Source: Lepidodermella squamata (lineage: Eukaryota; Animalia; Gastrotricha). Taken from it: a stretch of DNA of 64,000 nucleotides. The stretch spans positions 1,798,001 to 1,862,000 of the forward strand of contig JBLDXI010000019.1 of the NCBI GenBank assembly GCA_047495785.1, given 5' to 3'. The position numbers and the translations under genes were made by a program. The notes beneath the pieces were generated by a model. That model did no database searches, was not told where the DNA came from, and was given only the letters and a program-made list of their open reading frames with translations. This document shows positions 36,886 through 51,000 of the stretch, one piece after another (the first letter of the stretch is position 1; every line of letters begins with the position of its first letter).

Positions 36886-39800
36886 ATGTCTGGGTCGTCA
36901 ACGGCACGGATTAAATCCGTCTCCACATTGGCATCGATAGCAACGACTACCACGACGCGAACAGATAAATGGAACAACCAACTCGAGTTCATGCTCACCT
37001 GCATTTCCTACGCTGTCGGTCTCGGCAACGTCTGGCGCTTTCCATCACTGTGCTACGAAAATGGCGGAGGTGACTGAACAAATAATGTAAAATTTCAGGA
37101 ATTGATTCGTAATTTTTTCAGGTGCCTTTCTTCTGCCCTATTGCCTTATGCTGATTTTTGTCGGTCTGCCGATATTTTTCCTCGAGTTGGCATTCGGCCA
37201 ATTCGCATCGCTCGGGCCTATTTCGATTTGGGCAATCAATCCATTGTTCAAAGGCAATTTTAATAAAATTTTACAATAAACAAATTAATTAAGAAGTTTT
37301 TATTTCAGGTCTCGGTTATTCGATGGTTATGGTTACGTTGGGGATTGCGCTCTACTACAACGTTATTATCGCCCATTGCGTCTATTACTTTTACCAGTCG
37401 ATTGCCAGTGTGTTTTTCGGCCCCTTGCCCTGGATTAACTGCGGGCATAGTTGGAACACCCAACTGTGCAAAAACCTGCATCACGACAACGGAAATTCGT
37501 CATTGATTGGCAATGCCTCGAATATAACGGCCCCGCTGGAGTTAAGAACGAATCTAACTGCCGAGGGTGAAATTGGAATTGTTGGAACCAGCACTGAAGA
37601 ATTCTACTTGTAAATTTTCGATTTTGCAATTATCAAAAACTTTGAAATTCTTGTATACGAATTTTTTTACATAATTTTAAAATTATGAACAACTCCCAAA
37701 TAAATTTGAATTTGTTTTATAAATTATTGAATTTTTATTGGAATTAATTAGGAATTATTTTCGAACAAGTGACGCTTTCCCGATTATTGTGCTATTGTCA
37801 TATTTTTTAGCAATCAAGTTCTTCACCAATCAACCATTGGAATCAGCGATCTTGGCCTTCCGCAGCTCAATCTATCGATTTGCCTTCTAGTCGCGTGGAC
37901 CGTCGTCGCATGTGGCTTACTAAAGGGCGTGAAATCACTCGGAAAAATCAGCTATTTCACCGCCATTTTCCCCTACGTAATGCTTCTCGTTCTCTTCATC
38001 CGCGGCGTCACCCTGCCAGGCGCCAGCCAAGGCCTCCTCTACTACATCACTCCCGACCTCAAAAAGCTGAAAGACGCCGAAGTTTGGCAAAAGGCAGCCA
38101 ACATGGTTTTCTACAACTTGTCATGCGCAACTGGCGGATTGATTGTCATGTCTTCGTACAGCAACTTCAAGCACAACTGCTTGCGTGATGCGCTGATTGT
38201 TCCGATTTTGAACGCGCTTACTAGCATTTTCGCTGGTCTCGTTGTCTTCAGCGTTCTCGGCTTCATGGCCTACGAAAAAAATACAACGGTCGACAAAATC
38301 GGCGCTGGAGGACCAGGTAAACATTTCCGTCGCTTTCCCTCTATTAAATGGCTTATTTTTCTAATTTCTCAATTGTCGCATATTTCTTCCATAATTACTG
38401 TGATTGTTAGGGCGTATTTTAGGGACACAGCGGACTCGAGTTCCTCCGCAATTTTTACTTCAATCGACGCGTTAATATCAGAAGAATTCAAATATGTAAA
38501 AATCAAAGAGGAACTCGAGTCCGCTGGGATTGAAAAATTTTGAAGAAAATTGCGCGACATTTTTTTAAAAATGCGACCTATTAGCTGTTTTTTGTTTTTC
38601 ACATTAATTATTTTTTAATTCAAAATCATTTGCAATAATTAATTCTAACAACTTTTTAACACTTTAACTGCCAAAAATAGACTGCGAGGTCCGATATTTG
38701 GGTCTAATTCCTGGGTCTGTCAAAAAGTCATTTTTTTCGGGTCAACGATGCGTCGAGGGACAAAATGCCTGACGGCAAAGTGTAGGCCATGACCTGGCGG
38801 ATCTTTCGACACCGAATTCTAGGCCCCAAATTCGGTGTCAAAAGAACCGCCAGGTCATGGCCTACACTTTGCCGTCAGGCATTTTGTCCCTCGACGCATC
38901 GTTGACCCAAAAAAATGACTTTTTGACAGACCCAGGAATTAGACCCAAATATCGGACCTCGCAGTCTATTTTTGGCAGTTAAAGTGTTAATTATTAAAAT
39001 TCAATTACACACAAACATTTTGCCGCAGGATTCCGCGCGCGAAACGTGCTGAGTTTCTCTAGTTTTGAATCTCGCGCGCGGTCATGTGACCCGGGATATT
39101 TTTACGCGTCGGCATGTTTAGCATCAAATAGTCGAAACTTCTCAGAATTTTCATCGTTGTGATCGAAAGAAAAGTGCAAACTTTGAGTCTTTGAGTGATC
39201 CTGGCAGGCCAATTTTTCTACCACAGGTAGCTCTTAGGCATGGCTGACGCCTCGTAAAATTTCATTGTTGCATAACAAGAATTGCAAATTTACACTTTTC
39301 CTTCGATCACAAATCACAACCCTGATTATGTGTGTTATGTGTCCTAATATTTTCAACTTAGATTTGTAAGTACACTTTTTGTCGCAAACAAAACACTACA
39401 AAATTCGTCTTAAATATTTAGAAAGATCAGAAAATTGAGAAAAGCGAAGGGAATCAGAGTTACCAAGGTCTCAGAGGCAACAGTTAGCTGGCCAAAAATG
39501 AAGCTACAATTATTTAAGTTGGAATATAAATATTTTCTCAAAAATACCGGAGAACATTTTAGAGTTAAAAAACCTTATGGAAGACAATAATACTTATGGG
39601 AAAAATGATATTTCTATTCTGTCCTTATTTTCTTAGGCTTGGTGTTCATTGTCTACCCCGAAGCATTGTCTCGCTTACCTCTGCCAGAACTGTGGTCGAT
39701 TTTGTTCTTCCTCATGATGTTGGCTCTCGGATTCGGTTCCGAGTTGTCGCTGGTTGAGACTGTTCTAACCGCTTTTCAGGACGATCTCGGGCACATCCTC

Positions 39801-41134
39801 GATACTGAAGTTAAGAAGCAAATCTATCGCATTGTATTCTGCGTTTGCTGCTTCGCCGTCGGCCTCGTAATGGTCACAAGGGTTAGGAAATAATTGTCTC
39901 GCAAATTTTGAAAAAATATGCGCAATTTTTCTGTTCTGATTGAGACATTATCAGTCATAATCGTCATCGCCTATATGAAGTTATATGAAATTGTTGTCTT
40001 GTTGACCCTCGAAATCTCGGAGTTCATCATTTTGGCTAATTAGAAATCGTCCTGTTTTTTCGCCAATCAAGTTAGACCGGACATTTTATTTCGACAAAAT
40101 ATTTGCGTTCTGGCAAAAGCACCGACCACCGAGCACCGACATGAATTCATAATATAACTTGAAACAACAAATCTCAAATAGGATGGACAAAAAAAAATTC
40201 TGAAAAATATAACTAAATTAATCGGAGTGAATATTCATACTTGAATAAGTGCGAATATTTTGAAATTTTGATATTTTCAGGACAAGAACATGAAATTAGG
40301 GTTGGAAAGCTCAGGATACCAATAAGGTCCCGAACCTTAGATTGAACTTTATCAAAATGGGGAGATGAAAGGCTCAAAGGTTACTGTTTTTGCAAGCAAA
40401 TTCGATAGGCCGAGTTATCTCAGCTTTCTAGATGACATATGATTCTTACTCAGTTTTAAATGCTAAATATTATGGTCAAAAAAGTTTCGAATGTTACGTA
40501 GGAATATAACGACCCTAAATTAATTTTAAAATAATAATATTATTTTTTAATTTTAATTTATTGTATTTTTCAGGGAGGTATTTTCGTTCTCGATTTACTT
40601 GACAAATATGTACCACTTGTGTCGCTTCTCATTCTCTGCCTGCTCGAACTGGCGGCCGTTTGCTGGATCTACGGCCGTGGTCGCCACTACACCATCTGCA
40701 GCGATATCAAAATGATGCTCGGCCGAAAGCCGCCAATTTTCTTCAGAATCATGTGGCGATATGTGACACCTTTCATTCTGATCGCGCTACTCGGTGCGGC
40801 TAGTTACTTCTACAAGGCGCCTGAGATGAAAATCGGCGGCATCGATCACCCTCTGCCGAAATGGGCTGAAGCCGTTGGATGGGTTATTGCCATTCTGCCG
40901 CTGACGTTCATCCCAGCCTGGATTATCTACTGCCGGGTGCGATGCGTCGACAGTTTCGCCGGCCTGCTTGATCTACTCAAGCCGACTGAAACGTGGGGAC
41001 CCATGCTTGACGAAGATCGGAAGGGCCGTTACGCTCCGCTGGGGCGTGAACAGAGCAACGCGAATTTCAACGATAAGTTGCACCAGTTCGACGCTGGCGT
41101 GTTCATCACGCCTGAGGATGACTACAGATTCTGA
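36886..41134 (+). CDS. SLC6 sodium:neurotransmitter symporter, GlyT/ProT-like, copy 1
   Basis: Exons 36886-37069, 37122-37253, 37309-37609, 37811-38316, 39637-39881, 40574-41134. Motifs [51 protein letters not shown]. Intron 2 has a GC donor. Confidence 0.93.
38428..38526. repeat. Short intronic inverted repeat
   Basis: CAGCGGACTCGAGTTCCTC (38428-38446) is the perfect reverse complement of 38508-38526, with further ATTTTTAC/GTAAAAAT pairing inside. Confidence 0.75.
38660..38986. mobile_element. piggyBac-like hairpin MITE (327 bp) with TTAA target site
   Basis: Arms 38660-38818 and 38829-38986 are reverse complements with about 2 mismatches and 1 indel around a 10-nt loop. Termini CACTTTAAC...GTTAAAGTG; TTAA on both flanks. 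Confidence 0.85.
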
Positions 41135-41396
41135 CATTTTTGATGACTCTACATACACATTTATTCCAGTATTATTCCAGATTTTTTGGTGACTATTTGA
41201 ATTTTGCTCAAGTTGCATTATCATTTGACGGTGCATATATTCATGTTTGCTTTATTTTGAATTTTGAAGTTTAAGTAAAAACCTAATTTGACTTCGAAGG
41301 TTTCAACAAATAGACTTTTTCAATGGTCGCCTGTAAAAGTGAGGTGGAATTATCCCATGATTGAAACAATGAGTCCATTGGTTGAAGGGATTCACC

Positions 41397-41690
41397 TGGG
41401 GAAAACTTTTTTCATCCGACCAATGTCTTACTACATCCGACAACCAAAAATGTGACTAAAACCTGCCGACTTGCTGTTTCATATTTTCAAAAAATTACAG
41501 TAAATTCGGATCGCCATACATTTTTATCATAAATTTCTGCCGGTTTAAGGGCCAAAATAGGGTGAATAAAAATAAAAAAATCGGAAAATCGAACTAGGAA
41601 AAATCGAGATAATCGATATTTTAGGATGATCTTAGTCCCATTTTTGGTTGTCGGATGAAATAAGACGTCGGTCGGATAAAAAAAAGTCAC
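41397..41690. mobile_element. ~300-bp MITE-like repeat, copy 1
   Basis: Imperfect ~55-bp terminal inverted repeats (ACTTTTTTCATCCGACC...GGTCGGATAAAAAAAAGT). A second copy lies in opposite orientation at 53632-53927. Confidence 0.75.
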
Positions 41691-42368
41691 CTGAGTTCAG
41701 GGAAATTTCCGGTTTTAAAAGAAAATTGGGAATGCAGGTGGTGATGAAATCTGTATAATACATAAATCCTAAATTAACCGCCAATTTTCCAACTCTATTA
41801 AATCACCCATAAAGTTAAAATTCATGGAGTCGCTGAATTTGCAGATGAGTCGGAAATCTCCAACTTATACACTTTTGTATTGAAACCATATTATTTTCAA
41901 TCCTACTGGAAAAACATATTTTTTGCACCTTGCGTTTTGTGGTACGACTCGGGCGAACTGTTTTTGTGGGTAATTTAAAATCGGACTAATCACGGGCTGC
42001 GTCATCCCCCAGGGGACATAATAACTCAGTCATTTCAGGACACCAATGTTTTTTGTCTGGACTGCCGTTCGCGTTCATTGAGATCACCCTTTTATATTGC
42101 TAATTATCACCCAGTACCTTCGCACAAACATCTATTTCGGGTGCATAGTAACAGAAATCACCATCACAGCCAAAACTGCTGAACTAATTTACGCAAAGTG
42201 GTAAACATGCCCCCTCAATTGAAGACATGTTTACCTACGAACTGCCCTTCAGGCGTGATGTTTTCGATTAGATCGATAGACTGCAAGGGCTAATCATGCG
42301 TTCTAGTCGGCGTGTTGTTGATTTCGCCAGCTATTTAAAGGGATGGTTGCGAGACTTGGCAGCAAAAA

Positions 42369-44871
42369 ATGCAACTTTTCAACAGATTTATCTCATTTTC
42401 CGCGCTGGTTTGGTTGTCGCATCAGGGTTCGATAGAACCGAAACGGCTTTTAGTACCGGCGCTGATACCCTTCGACCTTGCTGGTAATGAAATCGCGTTG
42501 CCAACATGTTCCGCTGCTAGGAAAGTCGTTTTTGATTACGTAAATTCCCGAGAAGATATTCTGCCTGATTACCGACTCGAAATCGCGCCAATCAACGAAA
42601 ATAATGACGTCAGTAATTTTTTCGAACTTTTCAAAAATTTCGATGCGGAAAATGGATCAGTCATTTCGCCAATTGTGATGGGGCCTGTGAATTCCTATCC
42701 AACTCTCGCTCATTCTCTGAAAATGCTTAACATGGCTATGATAACCGAGCAAAGTAATGGCCCGTATTTAGCTCGGCTAAAGCAAAAATACCTTCAAAAT
42801 CTCTACTCAGTCATTCAGCCGGCTGAGTTGAAAACCATAGCAATCGTTAAATTTCAGGCGATAATCGGCCGATGGCGCCAGACTGGTTTGATAGCAAATC
42901 AAGACGATATTGAACTTTCTAGAATTTTGCATCAAATTTCAACTGAAAACGGGGTCAATATTTCGACTTTCATTCTCGACAACGGCGACATTTCAAAATC
43001 GACTCTTTCTCAAATGCAAGCCAGTGAAGCGCGGGTTTTCACCTTGGTTACCGAGTCTGTTAAAATGTGTATCAACCTGCTTTGTAAATCGTATATATCT
43101 GGTTTGAGATCGCCACAATACGCGTTCGTTTTTGCGTATAGTTGCTACTTTTCGCCTGAAAATTTGATCGAAAGCGATTTGCCGAAAGAATGTGGTCGCA
43201 AGGCTATATTCGAGCAACTGAAATCTACATTTTGGATCGGAATACACCGCAGCTCGATTCAGGTAACCATTTTCGTGAATTTCAAAAAATTTCAAATTAA
43301 TTAATAAAATAAAATTAATTAAAATAATTAATTAAAATAAAATTAGTTCAAGCTAATAAAAAATTGATAATTTATGAAACATTTTGCAGAAAATCGAGGC
43401 GACCAGTTTTGGTTACAAAGCCGATTGGTTTCTTGACAAATTGAGCCAAGAAATGGGAGAAAATATAGTAGATAACGATAAAATATCGATTTGTCACGAC
43501 GTTGCTATGGCAACGGTATCAACACTCCATAAAACCGAACAAATTTTGAAATCGATTTACAATTCGACTCTTAGTGATTTTTCAACCAAACCACAGCTGG
43601 TTTTTGAAGTTCTGAACGAGGCGGCGAGAAGAATGGACTTTGTCGGGCTTCGAATAGGTCGAATTCAGTACTCGGAAATGACCGGCGAGGTGATAAATGA
43701 TAACATGACAATAGCTCAATGGCGGAACGGATCGCTTAAATTTGTCTACGAAGTTCGTCGCATTAATAATACGGGCGAGACTGACATGGACTATTCAGGT
43801 TATCGACTGATTAAAATATCCGATATTTCATGGCCTACCAAGCATAAAGGACCGCCTCGTGATGTATCGAGTGCGGTTAAAATAAGTTTGACCATTCCTG
43901 ATTTCGTCCTTTGGACCTTGATTGCTCTTTCAAGTTCGGCTCTAGTCACCCTGATTTGGTTTTCAATAAGATTAATCCGCAATTTTCGATCAAACTCCGC
44001 CGCCGTCATTTTCATGACAACAATTAACAAATTGTTTGTAATTTTCGGATGTTTTCTTCTGGTTATTTCCAGTATTGTGATTGATGTTGGGTCAACATTT
44101 TGGCCGGAAATCGATTGCTATTGTCGATTTCTGCTGGCAAGTCTCGCGATTTCATCGATCGATTCGGTCATTTTCACTCAATCTGTGGCTTTCTACCGAT
44201 TTCTACAATATCCCCATCGCAGAAGCACGATTTCTCGTCGCCCGGCTTCAGGTCGTTCTTATCTGTCGTATTTAGAGCGACTCGACATTGATCGTTTGAT
44301 TCGGATTAGCGAAAGGTCGACAAAATGGCTGTATCGAATTTTCTTCTTAAATGGCGTGATCACGCCGGTTCTTCTGACAGCTTTCGACCAGGTATCGTTC
44401 AACGTCGTCGAATTGCCGCCTAAATTTGACGAAAATTCCGGCGAGTATTATCAAATTGTCACCACATTTTGCTCATCGAAGTATGGAGCAATCCGACTCA
44501 GTCAACTTGTCGCTAATCACGCCTCAATTTATCTCTTGAGCTGTTTTTTCACGTACAAAATTAGCCGGAAACAAATTCCGGCAGAAATAGCCGGTGAATG
44601 TCGATCGCTTCGACTGGCCACTATAAATGGCACCGTAACAACTATTGCGATTTCTTTGATCTATTTCACCGTCTTGCCAGCGAAGGATAAAGGATTGATA
44701 TGGCTGCCAAACACGGTTTTGTCGGTCGGAAATTTTCTCTCCGCTGTTTCAACTTGCGTGATTTTATTCTGTCGACTCGTCAAGCCAAGAGCTGGTAATA
44801 ACAAGGATGTCCCACGAAGTCGCAGAGAATCGGTGTTGGTCCCTTTCAGGCCCAGGACTTCGAGCATTTGA
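42369..44871 (+). CDS. Class C GPCR, GABA-B-receptor-like, divergent paralogue 6 (~791 aa)
   Basis: Exons 42369-43262 and 43390-44871 (127-nt AT-rich phase-0 intron). Motifs VNSREDILPDYRL, CKSYISGLRSPQYAFV, FVGLRIGRIQYS; 7TM region. Confidence 0.82.
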
Positions 44872-45020
44872 ATCATTTATATCGTCCAGCTTAAAATTTG
44901 TACAACAAGTTTTCTTCTCATTAATTTTCATCATCGGCGCAATAAAACGAGAGCCACATTTTTATTACTTTCTTGCAAAATGAAATTAGGTCAAATCAAT
45001 AACAAAACCGGGGCGTGTAA

Positions 45021-46071
45021 TTAACGCGACAAAACTGATTCAATAAGCGGGTCGAAATCTTCGAATTTCAAAAATGAAATAAGAGATAGAGGCAAATCGA
45101 GTCGATCAATCGAGGAATGTCTCAACAAAAACCCAGCCGGTAAATGGCGAAGAATTTCAAAACGGCAAATTTCCTGCAGTCGAAGTGGAAAATAAGTAGA
45201 AAACTCTTGTAAAAATCCGTCGAATCTCCAGGGCAGAGGTCGCGGGTGAGCCGCTGGATTTTCTCGAAATTCCAGCAGACTTTGTTCGATTTTCGAGAAG
45301 TTAACAGCCGATGATTGGCGAGCGGCCACAATCAGCTTTAAAATTAGAAATCGCATGTGACGGTCGTCCGTTAAAAAGCTGAATCTAGCTACGAATGGGC
45401 GGAATATTCTCGCGAAATTTTCATCCTCGTTAGGGCCAAAAATAGCCCCGGCGTCTAATAATAGCTTGACGACACGGACTTGATCGAATTCGTACCAATC
45501 AACTCCGTTATTTTGCTGGTTCGCGACGATAAAATCGGTTGAAAATGCGAATTTTAATAGGCCAGTTACACGAAAATCAGCGCCATTCTGCAGCAGAATT
45601 CGAACGACTTGAGTTCGAACCTTCTGAACCGATAATTGAAGAGGCGTAACAAGTTGAACGTACTGCCAACTTGCGAAATCTGCGTAGTCCCGGTAGAAAG
45701 GTCCTTCAATGTTGGCGCCGGCTTTAAGCAAAATTTCAACAAAGTCCGGCTTGCCCTGTTCAGCGGCGCGAATTAAGGCGGTTTTCCCGCGTAAATTTCT
45801 CAGATCAACAGCGGCGCCTTTGCCTAGTAACCAGGTGACAATTTCCGGGTTTTCCGATTCGCAGGAATAAATGAGAGCTGTATTTCCGTATTCGTCAGAT
45901 TCGTTGGTGAATTCGGCGTGGAAAAGTTGTTTCACTGCATCGAGATCGCCAGCGGCACATGCTCGAATAAAATCTTTGAAACTGTGAATAAATAAAATAA
46001 TTATTCAGATTTTTTGAGGGCAGAGTAAATTACTTGCGATATCCGATTTCTAGCTTGGATGCTTTAGCCAT
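45021..46071 (-). CDS. Ankyrin repeat and SOCS box protein (ASB-like)
   Basis: Exons 46071-46034 and 45981-45021 (52-nt intron). Ankyrin repeats GNTALIYSC, GKTALIRAA, TPLQLSV; C-terminal SOCS box PLRLQEICRFEI...LDLPLSLISFL. A further upstream exon is possible. Confidence 0.85.
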
Positions 46072-48092
46072 CTATAACCACACGGTCTTTTTCCTTTCGC
46101 AGGCAAAAAGAAATTTGGATTCGATGATATGAACCATCTTGAAAGTGCAACACCAGTCCATCATAAGCAAACAGGTTTAAAGGCGCAATTTTTCGTCAGC
46201 TGCCGAACTACATAATTTTTGGGCCGCAATCCAACGCCATCGGGATTCCCTCTATGCGCTATACCCAAATTCCGATAAAAACGAGAGGATGATGTTATTT
46301 TGGAAATTCAGTGATATATGAACATTACGGACATTAAAGTTTTTTTTAGAACAATTGCAATGTCAACATTGGTGACATCGCTAGGTCGCGTACTTAATTA
46401 CCGGAAAATTCGCATAATTCTTGACACACACACTCCGTAAAACAGCAATAAAAAACGTGTTATAGTCCTGTACATATAATACCAGCGGATTTATTTTTAC
46501 GTGTTACCTGCATGAGTACACCGCCATCTGGATTCGTACTCGCAGAAAATTGCCCCTCCCACTCCATGTATATAGTTCAGTTTTGACGTAATCACATATA
46601 TTATAAAATATATAGGTAAGAACTGTGAATATGGCCGCAAAAAACCCCACTACCACTACATGATTATAATCTTAACATTGCTGAATATTTTATTATGTAG
46701 CACGAAATCATGATGTGAATCTAACGCTGGCATAGCATGCCAATGACTTGGCGGAATAAAAACAGGGTTACCTAGCCAATATCAAATCTTCTAACAGCTG
46801 CTGGCAACATCATTTTTGACCTTTCTATAGGAATCTTTTTCATTGTTGTCATTCTATTATTTTCTATGATTATTTTCATTATTACAGCATGGAGGAATAG
46901 TAAATGGAGTAGGAGCAGAGGAATTTAAACTACTTCATAGCTTTATTCGGAAATTTTTTCAATACTTTTTACAGGATTTCATTCAGCATGCTTTTGTTGG
47001 AAATTATGTTATGCTTTGGTTTTAAGATCCAGCTTAATCAATGTCTATTTCCTTTATTTTTTCAATACTATAATTTTCGATTTTAGGCGTATCGTTGCCA
47101 ATAATTTTTTTTAGTGCCGATCTCCTCATTAAAAATCTTCATTGTAACCTTTAATGCCTTTCGCGTAATAACAGGTTCTTCTGCAGTTTTCTCGGGTCGG
47201 AAAAATTGAAGACATTTTTCACATTTCCGTCTTATTCTTAAATTTCCGGGTGAAGAGTCAGCCTCGGTTGCGAGATGGAGTAATTGAATTAAAACTGGAA
47301 CGGAAGGCCACCTCAGCGGCGTCTAAACAAACTTTGCAATAAACGACGGCGGACAGTATCGAAACTACGAAAAAATCGACCGCAACGAGTGCTTTTTTAG
47401 AAACTACAAGGGGGAGTGGCTGCTTGTTGGCTTGATGTGATCATCATCATCATGAAAGATCACATGTCATGATGCTGCAGGTTGATGATGAGAGATCGGA
47501 CGAACAAGTGCGGGCGAGCTAAATTTTATCGATTTTCGGTGCGATAAAAATACACGAATAATAATAAAAAAACGAATCGCCCTCGGTCTGCTTTCACGCG
47601 CGCGCGCAAAACAGACAGACACTTTTATTTTGATCTGCTACTGCTGCTGCCATGTTAATTGTTCAGCTTTGATGATTCAGACGCCTGGCCAAACGACGAC
47701 GACGACTTGCTGCCAGTTGACGGCCAGGCTCGTAAGTTACTACTCGCGTGCCTTCATCTCTCTTTTATCGATTTTTTTCCCTGGTCTTCTCAACACATAC
47801 ACACTTTTTATTGCTGTACATACCATGTTATACACACTCATAAATCCTCTAGATCTTCTTATTTTATTGCTTAACTCATTTTCCATTATTATTGCTACCT
47901 AATGCTTATACTGACCACGCACTACACACAGGTCATCATGTTTTAACACACGCATGTATTTTTCTAGGGCTCGTAACTTTATTCATCAGTTTATAAATTA
48001 CGTATTCTTTTTTAAGGTGGAATTTTTATTTCAATCATACATTTTGTTGCTGATTAATCCGACGAAGAAGAGATAGATTGTAACGTGGAGTC

Positions 48093-51000
48093 ATGAAGAG
48101 TGCCAATGGATCGGCGGGCGGGGCCGGTGATGACTACCCGCCAGGGCCAGTGCCGCGCATCAAATCTGTCCGGTCTGTCATGTCAATTGCAGACACGGTG
48201 ACAATCCGCAAGCCGAATGCCGGCTGGAACAACCAGCTCGAGTTCATTTTCACTTGTATATCCTACGCCGTCGGGCTCGGCAATGTCTGGCGTTTCCCCT
48301 ACCTCTGTTATCAAAACGGTGGAGGTAATTCGGCATTTTACCTGAGAAATAACGGTTGATTACGCGATTTTTATTTTCATTTTAGGTGCTTTCCTCATTC
48401 CTTACTGCATTATGCTCATTCTTGTTGGTCTGCCAATTTTCTTCCTCGAACTTTCATTCGGTCAATTTGCATCTCTCGGCCCGCTGACCATTTGGACCAT
48501 CAATCCCTTGTTTAAAGGCAAGTAATTAACTTCGTGTAAAACCGTTTTCATAACTCTAGAATTATTTAAAAAATTCGAATAAAAATATTATTGTCTCTCT
48601 ATTTTCTAGAAAATGTGTTTCGAATTTTCTGAGGTTTTTCAATTTTTTTTGAATATTTTATGCTAGGCCTTGGCTATGCAATGGTCACTGTGACACTCGT
48701 CATTGCTCTGTACTACAACGTTATCATCGCCCAGTGTTTGCTCTACTTCTACCAATCGCTTATTTCGTTGTACTACCAGGAGTTGCCCTGGATGAAGTGT
48801 GGCAACTACTGGAACACGCCCAACTGCACGCAACCTCATCACAAGAACAGCACGATCGAGGTTGTGGCGAAGGAAAACAAAACGCTGCGTATTGGTCCAA
48901 CTCAGGAGTACGAACGCGCTATTGTTGGTACCAACACCGAGGAATATTTTTAGTAAGTCATAAATTTGAGTAATTCACCTGGTTTTCAATTTCTTTAGAT
49001 GACACTTTATTTTAATTTCCGCTAATACTCAATTGCTAGCGAACCGCTCAGATGAAATTAGTCTTTTGGCTCTTGGTTCACGTGGATTAGGACATGAGTT
49101 GGCCTGCATCAATGTCCGATTATTTAAAGTTGAAATAACGGTGGAAATTATTTAATTGCTGGCGACATCGAAGAAGAATCGATTAGCTCTTTAAACATTA
49201 ACGCTTCTGGAATTTTAAGTTGCAAGGACTATCAATGGCCATTAATTAAGTTCGACAAATCTGTGCTCTGTGCCTGAGCCTTTTAAATCCAGAAAGGCCA
49301 CACTCACCTGGACCTAGGACTATGCGGTTCATCCTGCTTAATTATTTTCGGATTCCTCTCAGTTATTGACCGTTTATTCATCCTGAAATTATTTTGGTCT
49401 TACTTTCAGCGGAACCAAATTTTGGAATTTTTGATTGGCGTAAAAACAATTTTCGAAGTCAAGGATGCCATGACTGATCAGCATAATTTGAAATCAATTA
49501 TCTTTAAATAATTTAGCATAAAATTCTGTGTAAGATGGATTCTTCACTGTAGAATTTATACACTGCCTCAATTTCGTAGAAATTCGAAAAACGACCTTGG
49601 GATTATCTAAAATTAAATTCCGCAAAATTTGACTGTAGCGGCATATTGCGGAACCTAATTTTAAATGAATCAAAGGTCACTTTTTGAATATTTCTACGAA
49701 ATTGAGGTAATGTATAAGTTGTATAAGTTCTGTATAAGGCGTCTTATACAGAATTTTTCACTGAATGTAAAGATGATTTGTTTAAAATTATGCCGGTGAA
49801 TCATGACAATCTTGAGTTTCGAAAAGTGGTTTTCGGCTTTTTGAAAATTCTAAAATTTGGTTAAGCCAACAGGCAAATTTGGTTCCGCTAAAAGTAAGAC
49901 CCAAATAAATTGAGCGAAAAACGGGTTCAGAATATACCAGAAGATAGAAATAATCAGCTGATCGTAAAATAAACCGATTCGATTAGAAAGAAGGGAAAGT
50001 TGAATTGCAATTTCGTCTTACTCGAAATTGTGGAAAGCAACGTTTCAATCTTGTCAAATCGTGAATTAAATATTGCGGAGCTGGCTCATGCCGATGATTC
50101 TATATTTTTATTATTATGAAAACTCGAATTTTTGTACTTGGAATGGAAAGGAAGAATATTTAAATTTCTAAAATGTAAAACAATGTTTCCAGGATTTTAC
50201 GTGTGTGAATTGCGGCTCACATGTTTAGATATTTCAGAATTCTTTCGCAAATTCCGTAGAGTAAATTGCGATAGGTGAAATCAAAAGCTGAACCTTTTCC
50301 AGCTTTTTCAATTCTCTGATTTCGCTTGTCGTCGGTGTGTCAATGATTTTTTGGAAGTATCAACCGCTAATTAAGGAGGATTTTTATTAATGTTTCTATT
50401 TCTTTCGTACAGTAATTACGTGCTTCATCAATCACCGGACGGCATCAGTGACCTCGGCGCGCCGCAATTGAACATGGCCATGGCGCTATTAGTCGCGTGG
50501 GTCATCGTCGCTGCCGGTCTAATCAAAGGCATCAAATCACTGGGCAAAATCAGCTACTTCACCGCGCTGTTCCCGTACTTCATGCTCACGGTGCTGCTGA
50601 TCCGAGGGCTGATGCTCGACGGCGCCATGAACGGCCTCATCTACTACGTGAAGCCCGAGTGGCACAAACTGCTCGACCCGGTCGTGTGGCAGCGCGCGGC
50701 TAATCAAATTTTCTATAACCTGTCGTGCGCGACGGGCGGCCTCATCGCCATGGCGTCGTTTAACCGGTTCAACAACAACTGCCTCCGCGATGCGCTCATC
50801 GTGCCTGTCCTCAACGCGCTGACTAGCATTTTCGCCGGCTGCGTCGTCTTCTGCATTCTCGGCTTCATGGCCTATGAGAAGAGCATGGAAGTTAAGGATG
50901 TGGTCAGCGGCGGCCCGGGTCTCGTGTTCATCGCCTACCCGGAGGCGTTGGCTAAACTGCCGTTCGCCCCCATCTGGTCGGTGCTGTTTTTCCTCATGAT

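Noticed and set aside
47659-47740. Acidic mini-ORF ending at a strong GTAAGT donor upstream of SLC6 copy 2
   Set aside because: Could be a 5' exon, but I found no splice keeping it in frame with the SLC6 start; probably UTR.
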